Source: Escherichia phage T5. From it: a DNA stretch of 64,000 nucleotides. Made by a program: the position numbers and the translations under genes. Of the stretch, positions 56,167 through 64,000 are shown piece by piece. The first letter of the stretch is position 1. Every line of letters starts with the position of its first letter. The notes under the pieces were generated by a model. The model did not search any database and had not been told where the DNA came from. It was given only the letters and a program-made list of their open reading frames with translations. The stretch lies in sequence record NC_005859.1; one strand, written 5' to 3'.

Positions 56167-56392
56167 GAATGTGAAACACCTTAAATATCGCTTAATCTAT
56201 AACGGACGTATGGAAACGGAAGAGCTAGCTCAATTAGCTATTAATTCTAATGAGGTTATGGTGCGTGCGCTAGCAATTGAAAAGTTGCGGGCTTCTTATG
56301 AAAGTCGTATTATGGAATTAGAGGAGAAACTTTATGGACTTCTTGAATCAGAAGCTAAAAGTAGTCCAGAGGGCGAGACTTCTAATCAGTAG
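56159..56392 (+). CDS. hypothetical protein
   Basis: 77 aa from internal ATG overlapping upstream stop. Confidence 0.4.
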   Translation: MTKNVKHLKYRLIYNGRMETEELAQLAINSNEVMVRALAIEKLRASYESRIMELEEKLYGLLESEAKSSPEGETSNQ

Positions 56393-56446
56393 TGGAGTAA
56401 TTTTACTCCAAAATATTATCTAGGGGTTCAAGAGAGGAATCATATA

Positions 56447-57265
56447 ATGCGTAGGCTAATTATTATTAGTGGTGCAGGTTTGAGTGTTGAAAGTGGTGTA
56501 CGAGCCTTCCGTACGGATACTGCTAGTGGTAAAGCATTGTGGGATGATTATGATCTAGAAGAGGTATGTAATATTCATGCCTTTCGTGGTAACTTTTATC
56601 ATAAAACCCATATGTTTTACAACAAGCGACGTGAAGAGCTAAAAACTGTTGAACCTAATCTTGCGCATCTTCGTATTGGTGAATGGTATAAGAAATATCC
56701 GGGTCAAGTAGTAAATTTGACTACTAACGTTGATGACCTTATTGAGCGTGCTGGTGTTCCGCATAGTGACATTCTGCATATTCATGGGTATTTAAAAGAG
56801 GTTGTTGTAGCTGACAGCTACAATAGTAGCAATAAACGAGTTATTGATGTAGGGTACAATTCTATTGACCCAGATGATTATAAATGGGTTAAACCTAATG
56901 TAATCTTCTTTGGTGAGCATGCTCCAGCGTACACAGAAATGTATAATATTTTTGATGGTATTACCAGTCAAGATATGATCGTTGTAGTTGGTTGCTCTAA
57001 CCAAGTAATTAACTTCTACTGGGAATTATTCCCTATTCTTAACCGTACTGCTGCGAAACTTATGGTAGTTAACTACTATGATAGTGCCCTAGCATCGAAA
57101 CCAGGCTATCAAGGTATGACTCGTAGTGATATGTACCAACTGGAAGATCGTGGTATTCCTTACTGGAGTAAAGGTGCGGTAGATGCTTTCAGTGATCCTG
57201 GTTTTATTGCTCGTGTAGAAGCTCATCTAGAGGGTAGACCTTATGTGTCAGGAAGTAAGAAATAA
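56447..57265 (+). CDS. Sir2-family (sirtuin-like) NAD-dependent protein
   Basis: 272 aa; N-terminal Rossmann motif ISGAGLSVESGVRAFR. Confidence 0.75.
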   Translation: MRRLIIISGAGLSVESGVRAFRTDTASGKALWDDYDLEEVCNIHAFRGNFYHKTHMFYNKRREELKTVEPNLAHLRIGEWYKKYPGQVVNLTTNVDDLIERAGVPHSDILHIHGYLKEVVVADSYNSSNKRVIDVGYNSIDPDDYKWVKPNVIFFGEHAPAYTEMYNIFDGITSQDMIVVVGCSNQVINFYWELFPILNRTAAKLMVVNYYDSALASKPGYQGMTRSDMYQLEDRGIPYWSKGAVDAFSDPGFIARVEAHLEGRPYVSGSKK

Positions 57266-57428
57266 TGAATGGGATATTTTCATAACTGAGTCTGGCACTT
57301 GGTGCTATAGATTTGCCTATAGGTTTCCTAGTGTAAGAAAACGGCTGGGATACACATATAAAATTATCTACACTACAGATAATATATGGTTATCCTCTGG
57401 AGATGAGGGGAAACAGATATGTCCATAG
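57243..57428 (+). CDS. small protein with W-x-(S/E)-G-(S/T)-WCYR motif
   Basis: 61-aa ORF; shares motif with next ORF; start uncertain. Confidence 0.3.
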   Translation: MCQEVRNNEWDIFITESGTWCYRFAYRFPSVRKRLGYTYKIIYTTDNIWLSSGDEGKQICP

Positions 57429-57601
57429 TTAAATCTGTGTATACACATCCCGATGATATATTTGTATGGGCGGATGGTAGTTGGTGCTATCGATGTGAGC
57501 TATGGGAAATGGACTATAAATCCGATGACTATGGTGTCATATATGTTGATACAGTTGAGTATGATACGTTCTTAGAAAGGGACAAAAATGGAAATAAGTA
57601 A
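57419..57601 (+). CDS. small protein with W-x-DGSWCYR motif (paralog)
   Basis: 60-aa ORF; ADGSWCYRCELW. Confidence 0.35.
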   Translation: MSIVKSVYTHPDDIFVWADGSWCYRCELWEMDYKSDDYGVIYVDTVEYDTFLERDKNGNK

Positions 57602-58094
57602 TACTCCAATTATTTTTCTAGACATTGATGGGGTGCTCAATTCGAGCATCTCCCACCATCATGCACCTGATGATGAAAAGATTTTCTTTGGAAGTGACTG
57701 GGTTTTTAAACCGCTTCTCAAGGCTTTTCAGGACTTTATTCGTCCTTCTCCAATAATGATTGTTGGGGTATCTTCATGGTTCTCTGTCAGGAATGAGATG
57801 GAGAACGTTCAGATTATGACCGGGTTAGGTCTTATAGACCGTTTTCTTGGTACAACGGATTTTACTGGTGGTGGGCTATCTAGGGGTAATTCTGTTCTTC
57901 GCTTCGTTGAAAAGCATAAGCTCAAACATTGGTGTGTGCTGGATGATGCTGGTGCTATGATGTATCAGTATCCAACGGTTATAGTCAATGGTAGAACTGG
58001 AATAAATCTTCAAGATTTAAGAGCTGTTAGCTATATGTTAGAATTTAGTCCAGATCTTGAAATGTGTAAAGCCCTACAACAATTTAAGGTGTAA
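57588..58094 (+). CDS. HAD-like hydrolase
   Basis: 168 aa; N-terminal FLDIDGVLN (DxDG) motif. Confidence 0.55.
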   Translation: MEISNTPIIFLDIDGVLNSSISHHHAPDDEKIFFGSDWVFKPLLKAFQDFIRPSPIMIVGVSSWFSVRNEMENVQIMTGLGLIDRFLGTTDFTGGGLSRGNSVLRFVEKHKLKHWCVLDDAGAMMYQYPTVIVNGRTGINLQDLRAVSYMLEFSPDLEMCKALQQFKV

Positions 58095-58096
58095 AT

Positions 58097-58525
58097 ATGT
58101 TTAATAATGTATTCTCTAAAGAAGCTAATCCAATATTGGTTAATTTTTGGCGTACTCTTCCAGCCAACCTGTACAATGAGGCTATTAATGCTCTAAAAAT
58201 ATGGTGTGAGAATAATGAAATCTCCTTTGCTTTTAAAGGCGAGATTGAAGAAGCTCCCTGTATTGGTTTAATTGTGCAGGTAGAGGATGGTCTTGAAGAG
58301 ATTGTCGGCTGGAAAGAGTTAGATGAAATGGGCTTGGTTTTTGCATTAAACTATAAGCTGTTTATGCCTAATAAACACCGTATTGTTGTTAACTATAAAA
58401 CCAGTGAATCTCCTGGCTTTCAAGTTAATGAACATTACGGTTGGTCTTACTCACCGGAAGAAGTAAATGATGGTATCCAAAAACTTCGTCGTTTTGGTTA
58501 TCAAATTCCGGGTTTAACTGCCTAA
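58097..58525 (+). CDS. hypothetical protein (tandem paralog A)
   Basis: 142 aa; shares PCIG...W.EL.EMGL..ALN..LF.P...GY..PGL pattern with next ORF. Confidence 0.5.
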   Translation: MFNNVFSKEANPILVNFWRTLPANLYNEAINALKIWCENNEISFAFKGEIEEAPCIGLIVQVEDGLEEIVGWKELDEMGLVFALNYKLFMPNKHRIVVNYKTSESPGFQVNEHYGWSYSPEEVNDGIQKLRRFGYQIPGLTA

Positions 58526-58534
58526 GGAGGCACA

Positions 58535-58927
58535 ATGGAACAAATATATTGGCGTCAGATTGATCCTAGTTTGGTGAAGTGTGCAGAGAAGCTGCTACAA
58601 CGTTGGTTGGGGGTAAGACAAGCCTCCTTCACTTTTCCGGAGCAGCAAATAGACGATCCCTGTATTGGTGTTTTCCTATCAGGCTACGCTGGGGAATGGG
58701 AATTGGATTGGAATGAATTGTCTGCTATGGGTTTAATTGTTGCACTAAATTTCTCTTTGTTCCATCCACGTGGTTTGGCTATATGTCGTGTGCCTGATGA
58801 TGGTTGTTCGCCCCATCTTTTACGGGTGGAAGATGATATTTGGGAGTACACTCCAGATACTCTCAAAGAAGCTAAAGAACAGTTAAACCGTGTTGGGATC
58901 TATGTTCCAGGCCTGAATGATGAATGA
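58535..58927 (+). CDS. hypothetical protein (tandem paralog B)
   Basis: 130 aa; paralog of 58097..58525; AAGGAGG SD. Confidence 0.5.
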   Translation: MEQIYWRQIDPSLVKCAEKLLQRWLGVRQASFTFPEQQIDDPCIGVFLSGYAGEWELDWNELSAMGLIVALNFSLFHPRGLAICRVPDDGCSPHLLRVEDDIWEYTPDTLKEAKEQLNRVGIYVPGLNDE

Positions 58928-59019
58928 TTTTTATTAGCTGAACTCTGATTACCGAGTCATTTTGGCTCGGTTTTCTCTGTACTCAAAGACACTGATAGCA
59001 CCATCCGGAAAATTTTACT

Positions 59020-59048
59020 TGCAGGATGCCCAAAATCTTGATATAATA
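59020..59048 (+). promoter_or_regulatory. sigma70 promoter heading a ~500-nt ORF-free region
   Basis: TTGCAG-N17-TATAAT; next ORF starts at 59545. Confidence 0.55.
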
Positions 59049-59544
59049 TTTATATTGAATTGAGAGACATTAGTAAAAATTGATTTTGCTAATTTTTCTT
59101 GTTTACAATCCGCGATACGGAACAGTTAGGCTGCCCCATTAAGGGTTGTTTTAACTGTTACTAGTGTTTATATTGCATTAGTTAATATTCAATTAAGTGA
59201 TCTGTGTACCCTGAATTCGGAAAGGTAAATCCAAACCGTGCATATTTAGCTCGTTATATAGGCAGAGTTTTATATGGGGGTGCGAACGAAAAGAGCAGCG
59301 AATGGCGGCACGTACAGTAGTCACCTACCAATAGGATAGTGAGGACAAATAGAATCGGCTTAGCGGCCAATGACCTAGGTTCTATTCTGTATATGAGCGA
59401 AGAGAGCACAGCACTGAGATATGATAACTTATTCATATTGTTTGATGATAATTGATGTTTACGTAAATAGTAGTAATAGTTGTTCTATTCTTTCTGAATA
59501 GTCCTAAAGAAAAGATTTCGATTAACCAACACAGGAGTATTGTT

Positions 59545-62331
59545 GTGTTTTCTATCCTCCAAGGTCACGCCGGATTTTCTCGTGATTTAGCAACAGGTAT
59601 TTGGCGAGAAATCAAAGCGGAAGATTATACCTTTGCCAAGCGATTCTCGAAAGAGCATCCAGAAGGTAAACCAGCTTCTATGCCCTTCAAATTTGATGTA
59701 ATAGAAGAGCACGACCCACAAAGCCTTGCCGAAATGTTACCCCTCATGAGACGTTTAACGTCTGACCCTCATATCGTTGCGGTGCGAGGTCGATGTCTCG
59801 CACCTAAAAATAATGTGCGACGTAAGAAAGGTAACTTTAATGTATCTAATCCTAGTAATATTATTGCTATGGACGTGGATGGTATCCTAGATACCGGTGG
59901 GTATGACAAATTTAATCTTGTTGGTATGGCCCGCCACATTATTAAGATGTTGAATAGTATTAGTGAGGATATGTTTCCTCTTGATGCAGGGTTTATTGCT
60001 CATGCATCGTCTTCGGCTGGGCTAAAACCAGGTATCCGAATGCACTTAATGCTAGAATCTAACGTCAAGGTAACTCAGGGTCAGCTAAAGTTCTTATTTA
60101 CATCTATCAACGATAGTAGTAAGCAAAAATTTGGTTTTGATATTGCCGACCTAGCTTATTATTCATCTGTCCAGCTCCACTATTTTGCCGACCCCTTATT
60201 TAGCGATGGTATTGTTGATCCGTTTAAAGCGGAGAGTAAGCCACGTCTGGTGTATGTTAAAGGTTCGAAAGTAAATTTGCCCAATAATCTGGTTGACTAT
60301 GAAACAACTAGAGGGGAGTTTAAGGAAGAGTTTTATTCTTTACTTGATCAAATTAAAGGCAAAAAGATTGCTTCTGATAAAGTAGAAGAAACCATCAGCG
60401 AGTTAGAAGAGGCTGATGATGGAGTGTATTTGCGTATTATCCCCAAACTATACCATAGAGCATTAGAGGATGGTGTTGATTTTGCATGGCTAGAACGTGA
60501 GATTAAACCAGCTTTATCTGAATATATTGCAACTAAAGATAACAGTCGTAATATTCAAGATTACTTTAATAACGGTCGTAAGCAGGCTCTCAAAGCGTTT
60601 GTTAATAATTCTAAACGTGAGATTCCATTAAATCTGAAAGGTGTTCCACTTAAGAAATTAGAAGTGGATTCTCCACCAGAAGTTCCATACCTGAAGATTA
60701 ACATTGTGCCCCCAAAAGGCCATATAACATTTGTTAAGGCAAGTCTTGGTACTGGTAAAACTACGGCAGTAACTAAATGGCTGGACGCAGGTGTTCTTCC
60801 AGGCAACTTTTTAGCAGTTACAAATACTAGAGCACTGGTATCTTCAAATGCCAAGAAATTTAGTGCAGGACAATACGATAAGTCTGTAGATATGCTCAAC
60901 TTTAAACGTGGAGCTATCGATCGTATGTCCACAACTATTCACTCTTTGCATAAGTTCAAAAGTTTTATTGGGCAAATAGACACCATTTTTATTGATGAAT
61001 GTGACGCTGTAATGAATGACCTATTATTCGCCCCTGTTGTTAAACAACGTCGCGAGTGTATTCAAGTTCTACGTGACATCCTTATGACAGCTAAGACTGT
61101 AATCTTATCCGATGGTGATATTAGTGCTGAGACGATTGAAGCATATGGTTCTCTAATTGATTTTGATAAACCAGTAGCATTTTATAATCATCACCGTAAA
61201 ATGCTGTCAAAAGCACACGCTTATGAGTTTCCTGATGAATCCAGTATTTGGGTTGCACTTCAGACTTCTCTAGAGATGGGTGAGAAATCTATTCTAGTAT
61301 CTGATTGTGGCCCGGATGAGCTGAATGAGAAGGGTATGGCACTGCGTCGTAATACGGGTGCGTTAGTTAAGGAAATCCATTCAAACTCCACCTCAGATGT
61401 GGATATTCGACGTATTCTGGATTATACAACTAATGAGCTAATTGATCAACAAATTGATTGCTTATTATGTAGTCCATCCGTAACGAGTGGCGTTGACTTT
61501 AACTATTTCGATAATGTGTTTGTTATTACTAGAACCAGTAATCAAGCGCCAAACATGCGTTTCCAAGCAATCAGGCGCGACCGTGGTGCCCAGAACATCT
61601 ATTATTTTATTGATAAATCTACGAGTGGATTCTCTGCAGGTTCTGAGCAATATAATATTGATGAAGGTTGGCTGGAGTTAGCACAGCAATTATACGCACG
61701 TCGTAGAGAGCTGGAATCTAGAAACTATACTAGTACCTTACGTTATTATTTGCTTGATCAGGGTGCAACTATTGATATTTTCAGCGAAAGCTGGGGAACT
61801 ATTGAAGGTGCTGGTAAAGAATATACAGAAGAGCGAATCAAAGCTATTCTGCATTCAACTCCAGATTATTGTGCCCCACGTCATGCAGATGCATATGAAG
61901 CTAAACTACTTCTTGTTCGCTATTATCATCTTGAGTCTATTAAAGATGTAACAGTTGAGCATGTCGAACAATATATCAAAGATAAACCGAATGATCGAGC
62001 TGCATTCTTCCATAAGATGCACGAGATGTTCTGGGAAGATATTAAGAAGTGTTCAAATGTGACCATTAAACCATTCATAGAGGCTCTGAAAGGTAAGAAG
62101 AAAGACTTCTTCCTTAAAACAGGTCAGAGTGCCAACCCAAAATATGCTAGAATGTATCTTGGTATGATGGGTATTGGTAAGGATATGAACACTGAAAATA
62201 TTGTAGACTGGTACAGAACCTATTGTAAAATCGAGTGTATGCCAATTCCTTTCAAATTCATGACAGAGGAAGAGAGGGCTATGGCAGAAGAAGTAATGTC
62301 CGAACTTGGAGCAACTAATGAAGATGCATAA
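59545..62331 (+). CDS. P-loop NTPase, helicase-like (putative replication origin-binding protein)
   Basis: 928 aa; GTG start with ACAGGAG SD; Walker A SLGTGKTT, Walker B IFIDECD. Confidence 0.65.
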   Translation: MFSILQGHAGFSRDLATGIWREIKAEDYTFAKRFSKEHPEGKPASMPFKFDVIEEHDPQSLAEMLPLMRRLTSDPHIVAVRGRCLAPKNNVRRKKGNFNVSNPSNIIAMDVDGILDTGGYDKFNLVGMARHIIKMLNSISEDMFPLDAGFIAHASSSAGLKPGIRMHLMLESNVKVTQGQLKFLFTSINDSSKQKFGFDIADLAYYSSVQLHYFADPLFSDGIVDPFKAESKPRLVYVKGSKVNLPNNLVDYETTRGEFKEEFYSLLDQIKGKKIASDKVEETISELEEADDGVYLRIIPKLYHRALEDGVDFAWLEREIKPALSEYIATKDNSRNIQDYFNNGRKQALKAFVNNSKREIPLNLKGVPLKKLEVDSPPEVPYLKINIVPPKGHITFVKASLGTGKTTAVTKWLDAGVLPGNFLAVTNTRALVSSNAKKFSAGQYDKSVDMLNFKRGAIDRMSTTIHSLHKFKSFIGQIDTIFIDECDAVMNDLLFAPVVKQRRECIQVLRDILMTAKTVILSDGDISAETIEAYGSLIDFDKPVAFYNHHRKMLSKAHAYEFPDESSIWVALQTSLEMGEKSILVSDCGPDELNEKGMALRRNTGALVKEIHSNSTSDVDIRRILDYTTNELIDQQIDCLLCSPSVTSGVDFNYFDNVFVITRTSNQAPNMRFQAIRRDRGAQNIYYFIDKSTSGFSAGSEQYNIDEGWLELAQQLYARRRELESRNYTSTLRYYLLDQGATIDIFSESWGTIEGAGKEYTEERIKAILHSTPDYCAPRHADAYEAKLLLVRYYHLESIKDVTVEHVEQYIKDKPNDRAAFFHKMHEMFWEDIKKCSNVTIKPFIEALKGKKKDFFLKTGQSANPKYARMYLGMMGIGKDMNTENIVDWYRTYCKIECMPIPFKFMTEEERAMAEEVMSELGATNEDA

Positions 62332-62836
62332 ACCAATGCCTCCTATGGCATTTATCCTAGAAAAGCTTAGGTATGACGAAAGTACCGGGGACTTAATTTG
62401 GTTATCTGGCCCAAGGAAGGGAAAGGTGGCGGGCTCCAAAATGAAAACTGGAAGACAGTTAGAGTTTACGATAAATGGGGAGCGGACAGCTTACTTAGCC
62501 CATAGAATAATCTGGTTTATAAAGACAGGCGAAGATCCTGGGGATAAAACTATCGACCACAAAGACGGTGATAGTTTAAACAACTTGTGGGATAATTTAC
62601 GTAAGGCTACCTATTCCGAAAATGGAAAGAATAAGAAGTGTTCTACTAATTCTACCGGATTCACTGGAGTTGTAAAACGAGGTAATAGATATATGGCCTA
62701 CGCTTACTGCGAGGGAAAGCAGCATATTTTTGGTAGACGAGATACCCCGGAAGAAGCCCATCAGCTATACCTTAGGGGAGTTAAAGAACTGTTTGGTGAA
62801 TTTAATCCCTCGGAGAGATATGACAGTGAAGAATAA
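62306..62836 (+). CDS. HNH homing endonuclease
   Basis: 176 aa; IDHKDGDSLNNLWDNLRKATYSENGKN; start overlaps 3' end of helicase-like gene. Confidence 0.75.
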   Translation: MEQLMKMHKPMPPMAFILEKLRYDESTGDLIWLSGPRKGKVAGSKMKTGRQLEFTINGERTAYLAHRIIWFIKTGEDPGDKTIDHKDGDSLNNLWDNLRKATYSENGKNKKCSTNSTGFTGVVKRGNRYMAYAYCEGKQHIFGRRDTPEEAHQLYLRGVKELFGEFNPSERYDSEE

Positions 62837-63062
62837 AAAATGGGAAACAAGGAAGTTTCCAGTAAAAGAACGTAAAGTTCCTGTTTATGATACTTCGGAG
62901 AAGCTATGTAGGGTGGTACCGCACAGATTAGCTGGCATCCCTAACATATCCGAATGGTTACTTAAACAACGGAGGACTAGCGTATCCCTTCGCATAGGGT
63001 TTGAGTTAGATAAAGTATATGCTGAACTTTCTTCTTTGCTCAAAGAATCATAAAAAATTTAT

Positions 63063-63091
63063 TTGCTTTCAGGAAAATTTTTCTGTATAAT
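63063..63091 (+). promoter_or_regulatory. T5-type early promoter
   Basis: TTGCTT (63063-63068), 17 bp, TATAAT (63086-63091), then SD and ATG 63122. Confidence 0.75.
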
Positions 63092-63121
63092 AGATTCATA
63101 AATTTGAGAGAGGAGTTAAAT

Positions 63122-63826
63122 ATGGCTGGTTCTCGCAGAAAGAAACATATCCATGAAATCCCGGATGAAGTCTTTAAAAAAGTTATAGAGCATCTGGAAA
63201 ACGGTGGTACTAAGAAAGCAGCATGTGAAATGCTCGGCGTATCATCCAATCCAACTATGGAAAGGATGATTGAAGAGTGGCAAGACCGCCAGATTCAAGT
63301 TGCCGAAATGAAGAAAAAGAAACGTGGTACACTCATTGAAGGTATTGAGTTGGCCAACGTTATTGAACAGTATCTATCTGGCGATTCTTTCGAAGAGATT
63401 GCCGATCGTAATTACCGCTCTGTAGCAATGGTTAAATCTGTTCTGGAACGCTATGGTGCTCTGCTTCGTTTGAACGATATTGTAGATCCATTGAATCCAC
63501 CAATTATTCCTGATGATGCTGTAGCAGAAGAATTTGAGGTAGGTGAGCTTGTTTGGGTTCCTGGATACCAGTGTATTGGTGAAATCAAAAAAGCAATGGA
63601 TAACCCTGTTGGTTGTTACCGTGTTTGGCTTCTATCAGAAGGCAAACAACAGAACGTTCATTATATGAATTATGAGCTGGCCTCTGTTAAACACCTGGAA
63701 AAGTTAGGGGTTGATGTAAAATCTCTGGGGTATAAATGGACTCGGGAAGAAGTCATTACGTTGATTAACGAAGCTGTTAAGGCCGCCTTGAAACTTGATA
63801 AAGAAAAAGGAAAACGCCGTGAGTAG
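63122..63826 (+). CDS. HTH DNA-binding protein (putative regulator)
   Basis: 234 aa from ATG 63122 behind consensus promoter and GAGAGGAG SD; N-terminal HTH-like GGTKKAACEMLGVS. Confidence 0.6.
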   Translation: MAGSRRKKHIHEIPDEVFKKVIEHLENGGTKKAACEMLGVSSNPTMERMIEEWQDRQIQVAEMKKKKRGTLIEGIELANVIEQYLSGDSFEEIADRNYRSVAMVKSVLERYGALLRLNDIVDPLNPPIIPDDAVAEEFEVGELVWVPGYQCIGEIKKAMDNPVGCYRVWLLSEGKQQNVHYMNYELASVKHLEKLGVDVKSLGYKWTREEVITLINEAVKAALKLDKEKGKRRE

Positions 63827-64000
63827 ACTAACTGATTTACTTAAAGATGGGGAAGTAAAAACACTATATCGTAGAAGCTGGGATAACGATAATAACGGCT
63901 TAGTGTTACTAACTTTAGATGCTGACTCGGATGTAGCTACTCAGCATACCTGGGTAGCCGGTAATTATCCATATAGCGAGGTTGTTTCATTAACAGTATG
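63819..64000 (+). CDS. hypothetical protein (3'-truncated at window edge)
   Basis: open frame from GTG 63819 to window end. Confidence 0.3.
   Translation, partial: MSRLTDLLKDGEVKTLYRRSWDNDNNGLVLLTLDADSDVATQHTWVAGNYPYSEVVSLTV

Noticed and set aside
1-64000. rRNA genes, integrase or lysogeny module
   Set aside because: No rRNA-like conserved segments and no integrase/repressor pair; content is consistent with a strictly lytic phage.

Overview
This window reads as the left end of a T5-like (Tequintavirus-type) lytic phage genome, AT-rich and densely packed. The assignment rests on a 556-aa A1-like metallophosphoesterase, a 244-aa HAD-type deoxynucleotidase, a 137-aa M15 endolysin, a 172-aa T5orf172-type protein and the repeated TTGCTT-N17-TATAAT early-promoter module; no database search was run. 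Layout: (1) 1-5.9 kb, minus-strand pre-early block (dmp, A1, small proteins, one HNH endonuclease). (2) 6.2-9.5 kb, a plus-strand gene cassette bracketed by ~40-bp inverted repeats carrying DnaA-box-like sites. (3) 9.5-10.6 kb, non-coding repeat arrays. (4) 10.9-28 kb, minus-strand early genes: phosphatases, thioredoxin-like protein, endolysin with holin candidate, ClpP-like protease, dNMP kinase, spanin-like pair, HNH endonucleases and a GrcA-like glycyl-radical protein. (5) 28.2-41.5 kb, a tRNA island of about 24 minus-strand tRNAs interleaved with HNH/T5orf172 endonuclease genes and small ORFs. (6) 42-53.6 kb, nucleotide metabolism (RNase H, ThyA, DHFR, NrdB, NrdA, PhoH). (7) 53.9-64 kb, plus-strand block (NrdD, Sir2-like, HAD-like, helicase-like 928-aa protein, HNH, HTH protein). 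The most unusual locus is a plus-strand three-gene operon at 37.97-39.72 kb (glycine-zipper membrane protein, Q-rich protein, CC-rich peptide) with its own promoter and terminator, lying antisense inside the tRNA island and convergent with an SPFH/band-7 gene. All coordinates are hand-derived (tRNA and promoter positions +/-2 nt), and no homology search or folding software was run.
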